Made by a program: the position numbers and the translations under genes
Assembly: GCA_965649265.1 (NCBI GenBank)
Contig: CBFGKC010000026.1
Span: forward strand, 1 to 21,239
Length of the DNA stretch: 21,239 nucleotides
Reading direction: 5' to 3'
From: a candidate division WOR-3 bacterium
GTDB lineage: Bacteria > Hydrothermota > Tepidihabitantia > B3-TA06
In this document: positions 15,413 through 21,239 of the stretch, one piece after another
Layout: the number at the start of each line of letters is the position of its first letter
How positions within the stretch are numbered: the first letter of the stretch is position 1
Notes under the pieces: model-generated
What the model saw: only the letters and a program-made list of their open reading frames with translations
Told to the model about the DNA's origin: nothing
The model's database searches: none

Positions 15413-16099
15413 ATGAGAATGGAGGTTGATATCTCAAACAGCAAGACTCAACAATACTGGGATAATCGCGCTTCAAGATATGAAAAAATATACAGCGGTG
15501 CAGGGAAAGGCTTCGGTCGGTTGTTTGACATTATATTCAGGGGCGCTTTTCGAAAAAGGATCGAAATCACTTACAAACTATTGGGAAATCTTGAGGGAAA
15601 AGAAGTCCTGGACGCCGGATGCGGTCCCGGGTTCTTTCTTCTCGAGGCTGTCCGGAATGGCGCGGCTAAGGTCACGGGAATAGATTTCTCGTCAGAAATG
15701 ATGAATATTGCATATTCGACAATGAGGACTAAATATCCAGGCGGGGAGAACTGGGAGCTTAAAAATATCGATCTGGAGAAATTCGTGCCGGCCAACTCCT
15801 TTGATATCGCATTGATAATAGGTGTTCTTGAATATCTTGAATCTCCCCTGGATATACTTAAGAGTATGCGAGGATTCGTAAGAGATAGTATGATAGTCTC
15901 CTTTTCTCGTAAGAACTCATTGTACAGCATGCTGAGATTTTATTTGCTTGGAATCAAGAAGATCAAAATCACTTTAAACTCATTACAGGAAATTGAATTG
16001 CTTGCGAGAGAAGCCGGTTTCAGGGTGATCGAGGCTCACCGTATCGGGCCTAGTTTTCTTGTTATGTTGAAGCCCGTTGCAGAGAAACCGGATGCCTGA
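15413..16099 (+). CDS. Class I SAM-dependent methyltransferase
   Basis: VLDAGCGPG motif I, GIDFS, FD....GVLEY. Confidence 0.9.
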   Translation: MRMEVDISNSKTQQYWDNRASRYEKIYSGAGKGFGRLFDIIFRGAFRKRIEITYKLLGNLEGKEVLDAGCGPGFFLLEAVRNGAAKVTGIDFSSEMMNIAYSTMRTKYPGGENWELKNIDLEKFVPANSFDIALIIGVLEYLESPLDILKSMRGFVRDSMIVSFSRKNSLYSMLRFYLLGIKKIKITLNSLQEIELLAREAGFRVIEAHRIGPSFLVMLKPVAEKPDA

Positions 16100-17432
16100 A
16101 CTGCTGCTGGTCAGACCCGGGTTCTCAAATCCCATGGATGCTCATTGGAGCACGGAACCTCCGCTAGGGTTGGCTTACCTTGCTGCCTCGGCTCGAATGA
16201 AAGGGCTGGGTGTTGCAATAATTGACGGCAAGCTTGAAAAGCACCGAAACACACATTTAACCGCAGAAAGAATTCTTTCTTTTGAGCCCAGTTTTGTAGG
16301 CATCTCTGCCATGACTCGCGAATACCCGGACGCGATTGAAATTGCAAGGGAATTAAAGTCCGCCCGGCCGCATCTTGTAACAATCCTCGGCGGAGTCCAT
16401 GCCAATGCTCTGCCTGAAGAATCACTTCGGGAATCGAATGCTTTTGATTTTGTAATGACAGGTGAATGTGAGGATTCGCTCGTTTCTTTAATTAAGACCT
16501 TGAAGAACAATGAATCATTTGTATCAATTCCCGGTCTTTTTTGGAGAACAAACGCGGGGAAAATCAAACGCGGGCCTCCTCCATCTTTCGCTGATCTTTC
16601 AACCATGCCGTATCCTGCATGGGATTTATTCCCCTTGAGAAAGACATATGTCATGTTGACCGAGCGCGGATGTCCTTACACTTGTGTTTTTTGCAGCCAC
16701 AATACGGGAAGAATTATTCGATCTCGTTCGCTGGATAGCGTAAAAGGGGAAATCGAGTGGCTTTACAAGGATTTTAAACCTCGCGAGATATACATCGAAG
16801 ATGAAACCTTCGGGATAAATCCTTTACGCACAAGAGAATTATTAAGCTGGCTTGCCGATTTTAATAAGGACAAAGGCATTGTTTTCAAGGCGCAGACCAG
16901 AATAGATAAAGTTTCCGAGGGTTTGATGACTATGATGAAGAAAGCCGGTTTCGAATATGTTGAGCTTGGTGTGGAATCGGGAGACGACGGTGTGCTAAAG
17001 AAATCGTCAAAAGGAATCACCGTCGCAAAGATCAAGGAAGCCGTGGCAATAATCAAGCAAGCCGGTCTTAAGACGTGGTTGAATTTCATTATAGGGCTCC
17101 CGGGTGAAAGTGAGAGTTCAATCAGAAATACGATGGATCTTGCGGCAAGAATGAATCCTGACTGGCTTTCGGTCGCTCTCATCGTACCTTATCCCGGATG
17201 CAAGATATACGAATGGGCACGAAAAAGCGAAAACGGATACGATCTCATTTCTGACAACTGGTCAAAATTCGACAAATACCTAGGAAAGGAATCCGTGAGG
17301 ATCCAGGGGTTGAGTTTTTCACGAATGAAACAACTCCAGATCAAGATGTATCTGAATACATTCATAAAGAATTTGAGATTAGGGAAACTTGCGAAACTTC
17401 TCTGGGAAAGCAGGAGTTTAATCACTTCTTGA
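16092..17432 (+). CDS. B12-binding domain radical SAM protein (class B methylase-like)
   Basis: PPLGLAYLAA, ILGGVH, GECE, ERGCPYTCVFC, GVESG, GLPGE, PYPG; ATG 16092 overlaps upstream stop (ATGCCTGA). Confidence 0.92.
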   Translation: MPELLLVRPGFSNPMDAHWSTEPPLGLAYLAASARMKGLGVAIIDGKLEKHRNTHLTAERILSFEPSFVGISAMTREYPDAIEIARELKSARPHLVTILGGVHANALPEESLRESNAFDFVMTGECEDSLVSLIKTLKNNESFVSIPGLFWRTNAGKIKRGPPPSFADLSTMPYPAWDLFPLRKTYVMLTERGCPYTCVFCSHNTGRIIRSRSLDSVKGEIEWLYKDFKPREIYIEDETFGINPLRTRELLSWLADFNKDKGIVFKAQTRIDKVSEGLMTMMKKAGFEYVELGVESGDDGVLKKSSKGITVAKIKEAVAIIKQAGLKTWLNFIIGLPGESESSIRNTMDLAARMNPDWLSVALIVPYPGCKIYEWARKSENGYDLISDNWSKFDKYLGKESVRIQGLSFSRMKQLQIKMYLNTFIKNLRLGKLAKLLWESRSLITS

Positions 17433-17737
17433 GTGTGTCTTAAGCATCTTGAATCAAAGAAAACGTTTCTTTCGTCCGCGGATGCATAAGAAGATCAACA
17501 AACTATTCGCTTTTTTATGGGAATGCCTTGAGTATCATCCGGGGAGTCGATCCACAAGGGGGAGGGGGGAACCACCCATCCTTTTGATGCTTTCGGTCGA
17601 GAAGCTCAAGCCGGGCGCGCTTTCGTGAGAACGACAATATCGGATGTTTCCGGTTTTCTCGACACAGTTCGCTTAATATCACCTCTGTCAGTTTGGAAAA
17701 GCAGAACGCCCGAGTTAATTTTCAAACAAGGACCGGC

Positions 17738-17765
17738 TTGACGGGTGTTATTCCTTACATACAAT
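17738..17765 (+). promoter_or_regulatory. sigma70-like promoter TTGACG-N16-TACAAT
   Basis: Upstream of 17796 gene. Confidence 0.65.
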
Positions 17766-17795
17766 ATTACAGTAATCAAAAATCCGGAGGAAAAA

Positions 17796-19304
17796 GTGTG
17801 GAAGTATATGTTATGTGTGTTCGTTTGCGGTGCGCTGCTTAATGCCGCAGGGGATGAAAGCTTTGGAAGAATCTCAGGACCAAATTCATCTTGCTTGATC
17901 CCTAATCAAACATCATCTAATACTTTTCAAGCTCCCTTACCAGATTCAGGCAGTTTCGAAACCTACGTTTTGACTAATCAGAATATCATCATTTTCTCGT
18001 ATGAGGATAATACTAATTGCCAAATCAGAAATTCCGAAAATTCAACCGTCTGGGCCGGTACTCTTAATATGAATCAGACGCAATTGTATTACAGCGGAAC
18101 AGGGGTATTCAAGGTTATTACCGACAAGAAGGTTTCCGTATTGGTAGGCGACCCTATAAGGCAGGACTGCTACGGCTGGTATGCAGTGGATCAGAACAAC
18201 AGGGCCGTATCCACAAAGCTTCTGACATATTTCACGCCTAACGTTATGAGCGGTTCGGAGTTCATAGTCTTTGCCTACGAAGACAGTACCAAGGTCTACG
18301 TACGCAATAACGCAACGAGTGAAATAATAGCGAGCGGGGTCATTGACAGTGCAGAGGTTTTACGCTGTCCGGCGAGTTCCAATATCCCCGTTCGCGTCGA
18401 GGCGAATAAAGGTGTTTCCGCGCTCACGTATTCGGATCAAGGCTACTGGGTACCGGCTCGAAACGGCACTTTCTCCGGTCGGCTTTTCCATACCTGGATA
18501 GGCAATGTCGGGCCATGGACAAATGACCTCACGGTCTGTTCCTATTACGAAGGCACAAATGTCAAGATAACCCATACCGAAGACGGCGATATTCTCTGGG
18601 AAAGTTCTCTTGATGATGGAGATGTTCATACTGTTACGGCACCCAACCAACTAGTCACAATAGAGTCCGACAAGGACGTTACGTGTCTGGTTGCCCCGTT
18701 TACGAGCTACACCGCTACTTACTATCGTTTATACATCGGTATGGACAAGTGGGGGGAGGGTATTGGCACCAAGTTTTATCATCCAACCATTTCCGGAGCG
18801 CAGCTTTACATCTTCTCCTTTGCGGATGCAAACACTGTTTGGGTGTATGACCAAGTAGATAACTCACTCGTTTGGTCGGGAACCCTTGGCTCGGGAGATT
18901 ATGATTCTTTAACCGCCCTTAATACCGTTTACCGCATAGAATCCGAGGAGCCTGTCTCGATTTACGACGCTTGGGGTGATATTGCCGGAGCCGATTTCGC
19001 TCCCGTTATCTGGGGTGTTGTGGGGCATGAGGGTGTGAAGGAAGAGACCATTCCTGCCACCAATGAGCCATCCTGGTTTTCCGCAAGCCGCTCCGGTGAT
19101 GTACTTTACGTCACTTTTCTGGACATTCCACAAGGAAAAAGATCGTTAAACTTATACGATGCGGCTGGCCGATGTGTAAAATCTCTCGCTGTCTCTGCGA
19201 ACCAGGTGCTCATTAACCTCGAAGGTTTTTCAAGAGGGGTATACTTTGTTGTTCTCAAAACGGAGAACGGAAAGCAGGTTAATCGCAAGATCGTCTTGAA
19301 TTAA
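17796..19304 (+). CDS. Secreted IgGFc-binding-like (four-repeat) protein with T9SS-like CTD
   Basis: GTG 17796 after GGAGG; signal peptide; four repeats of hhF(S/A)Y.D.T.V......W.G.L...V..D/K.VS; GVKEE linker; YDAAGRCV...GVYFVVL. Confidence 0.75.
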   Translation: MWKYMLCVFVCGALLNAAGDESFGRISGPNSSCLIPNQTSSNTFQAPLPDSGSFETYVLTNQNIIIFSYEDNTNCQIRNSENSTVWAGTLNMNQTQLYYSGTGVFKVITDKKVSVLVGDPIRQDCYGWYAVDQNNRAVSTKLLTYFTPNVMSGSEFIVFAYEDSTKVYVRNNATSEIIASGVIDSAEVLRCPASSNIPVRVEANKGVSALTYSDQGYWVPARNGTFSGRLFHTWIGNVGPWTNDLTVCSYYEGTNVKITHTEDGDILWESSLDDGDVHTVTAPNQLVTIESDKDVTCLVAPFTSYTATYYRLYIGMDKWGEGIGTKFYHPTISGAQLYIFSFADANTVWVYDQVDNSLVWSGTLGSGDYDSLTALNTVYRIESEEPVSIYDAWGDIAGADFAPVIWGVVGHEGVKEETIPATNEPSWFSASRSGDVLYVTFLDIPQGKRSLNLYDAAGRCVKSLAVSANQVLINLEGFSRGVYFVVLKTENGKQVNRKIVLN

Positions 19305-19330
19305 TATTCATTTGTTGCTCGATTCTTGTC

Positions 19331-19358
19331 TTGACAACTCATCAATACTCCGTATTCT
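19331..19358 (+). promoter_or_regulatory. sigma70-like promoter TTGACA-N16-TATTCT
   Basis: Upstream of 19390 gene. Confidence 0.65.
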
Positions 19359-19389
19359 TACTTCAAAGCTCTCAAATCATGGAGGAGCA

Positions 19390-21239
19390 ATGCGGAGACA
19401 TATATTCGTGGGATTAGCAATATTCTTTCTCGCGGGTGGTGCATTCGCTCAAATAGCGACACTACCCAATTCCGACTTTGTGGTCAGGGATACCACAAAG
19501 CCTTTTATCTCTTCACAAATTTCAACCGAACCCACTAACTTTGTTGGTAATCTACTGTTACCGCCTATGCTCGCCGAACGTGATACTTTTGCTACTTATG
19601 CATACACTTATGGCGATATAGTGATATTCTCCTTTGCAGATACCAATATATGCGAGTTGATCGACAATACCGGTAAAAGGGTATGGATTGACACTCTCAT
19701 GAATAACGGCTACGCCTACGTCGCAAAACCAATTATTCAAGCAGGCGTATACCTGGTTCAGGCCAGCAAGTATTTTTCCGTTCTAAGCGGCGATCCATGG
19801 GTCCAGGGATTGTGTTGTTGGTACTCGGTGGATCAAACCTCGAGGCCTTTAAGTACTAGGCTTCTTTCGGTAAGCCCAAAGTTATATTCGATAAGCCAGG
19901 CCGCCGTAGCGATTTTTGCTTATACGGACAGCACGCACGTTACAGTCCGCAACCTTGATAACCAGTCGATCATCTGGGAAGGAGATCTTGACAGCGCTGG
20001 TTATCATTTATGGGAGAATCAATCCCTTGTTACGCCTTTTTCAGTGGAGTCGGACAAGCCCGTATCCGCAGGTACGTATTCTGGTGTTGTAGGCACATAC
20101 GCTCCGGCATTTAACGGAACCTTCACGGGTCAGGATTTCATGGCCTACGTGCATGATTGGACCGAGGGAGCCCAGGACTTGAACATAGTTCCGTGGGAGG
20201 ACAACACAAAGGTCGTTGTGACATCACTCGGGAACCCTGCAGATACACTCTGGGCGGTGACATTAAAGAAACGCGGGGAGATCAAAGGTAATCCCATGCC
20301 CGAGAAAAGGGCTATTTACATCCATTCCGATAAAGATATTTCGGTCTCCCAGACCCCCTGGACGAGCTTCGGCGCATCAAGCATCGCGTTCTACATGGTC
20401 AGGGGTATTGACAGAAACGGTTTAGGTTTGGGCCGCGAATTCTATGTGCCCCTCGAGACGTCAATGAGCGGGTACCCTTCGCGTCTTCATGTTATTTCCT
20501 ATACAGACAATACCATCGTAACGGTGAAAAGAATTCCGCGGTCAGGTGGAACGGAAGAACAAATCTATCAAGGGACGCTTAACAGAGGCCAGTTCTATCG
20601 GTATACATGTCCCGATGGGGATGCTACCGCCCATGCTATTTACCACATAACATCTTCAGAACCCGTATCAACAATGTGCAGTTGTTCCGACGCCAAAGGC
20701 TCTGATTTTCTGCCGCTGTGGTTTGCTATCCACCCCGCAGTTGCGGTGCTTCCGGACCAGTTCCGCGAGACGGAGTGCGGTATACCCACAAGAATGACGC
20801 CTTCAGGAACTTACTGGCTGGCAATTGAAAACAACGGTAACATCGCGGATGTAATTAACATAACATCAACCAATAGTCTTGCTCCTGATTTTACGACGGT
20901 TTTGACCGACACACTCGGCGGATCACTTCCTGACGTTGACGGCAATGACCAGCCGGATACGGATACCTTGGGCCGCGGCGAAAGCTTTTTTATGAAGGCG
21001 GATGTAACGCCATCGGATACCGTACCCTTTGGGTCAATAGATACGTGTTTTATCGGAGTGGTCTCATCTCAGGATCCTGATAAACAGGATACGGCGCGTC
21101 TGGTTACGCGCATCAGGCGTGTGGATATCCATCTTGATTCGAACACGTTCGTAAACGTGTATCCTGGTGACGTGGCGGTGATAGGCGTGAACGCATCCAA
21201 CACGAGCTATTACCGTGCGGATACGGTGAACCTTGGGTG
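19390..21239 (+). CDS. Partial large secreted/surface protein, paralog of 17796..19304 followed by Ig-like domain(s); runs off right edge
   Basis: Missing from ORF track. ATG 19390 after GGAGGAG; MRRHIFVGLAIFFLAGGAFA signal peptide. Shares GDP....WY.VDQ..R..ST.LL, PA.NGTF.G..F, G.D..G.G.G..FY.P and G.DF.P with the upstream gene; then ENNGNIAD...PDVDGNDQPDTDTL. Confidence 0.85.
   Translation, partial: MRRHIFVGLAIFFLAGGAFAQIATLPNSDFVVRDTTKPFISSQISTEPTNFVGNLLLPPMLAERDTFATYAYTYGDIVIFSFADTNICELIDNTGKRVWIDTLMNNGYAYVAKPIIQAGVYLVQASKYFSVLSGDPWVQGLCCWYSVDQTSRPLSTRLLSVSPKLYSISQAAVAIFAYTDSTHVTVRNLDNQSIIWEGDLDSAGYHLWENQSLVTPFSVESDKPVSAGTYSGVVGTYAPAFNGTFTGQDFMAYVHDWTEGAQDLNIVPWEDNTKVVVTSLGNPADTLWAVTLKKRGEIKGNPMPEKRAIYIHSDKDISVSQTPWTSFGASSIAFYMVRGIDRNGLGLGREFYVPLETSMSGYPSRLHVISYTDNTIVTVKRIPRSGGTEEQIYQGTLNRGQFYRYTCPDGDATAHAIYHITSSEPVSTMCSCSDAKGSDFLPLWFAIHPAVAVLPDQFRETECGIPTRMTPSGTYWLAIENNGNIADVINITSTNSLAPDFTTVLTDTLGGSLPDVDGNDQPDTDTLGRGESFFMKADVTPSDTVPFGSIDTCFIGVVSSQDPDKQDTARLVTRIRRVDIHLDSNTFVNVYPGDVAVIGVNASNTSYYRADTVNLG

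Noticed and set aside
1-21239. CRISPR array, tRNA/rRNA, IS or integrase
   Set aside because: No periodic repeat-spacer pattern, cloverleaf, transposase or recombinase motifs seen.

Overview
Bacterial chromosomal window. Several exported proteins carry a GxxEE linker plus a T9SS type A / FlgD-like C-terminal sorting domain, which suggests an FCB-related lineage such as WOR-3 (inference). The left half is a minus-strand metal/oxidative-stress region: a partial DUF4388/DUF2226-like gene, an ODP-type di-iron MBL protein, two rubrerythrin-like ferritin proteins, Tpx with an unannotated 54-aa ORF, rubrerythrin and a Cys/His-rich metallothionein-like peptide. A plus-strand block interrupts it: radical SAM, HNH nuclease, and two tandem TadA-like Zn deaminases that unusually have signal peptides. 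Next come TIGR02757, a stand-alone RibD_C reductase, a DNRLRE-like/CTD protein, lipB-lipA, a sigma54-driven CTD-only + beta-helix pair, a methyltransferase + B12 radical SAM pair, and two paralogous IgGFc-binding-like surface proteins. The main findings are: (1) the pair of apparently exported nucleoside/nucleic-acid deaminases next to an HNH nuclease; (2) 14 sigma70-like promoters that all have a 16-bp rather than 17-bp spacer; (3) a repeat-built Cys/His metal-binding peptide. I found no rRNA, tRNA, CRISPR array or mobile element. All family calls come from motifs recognised by eye; no database searches were run.
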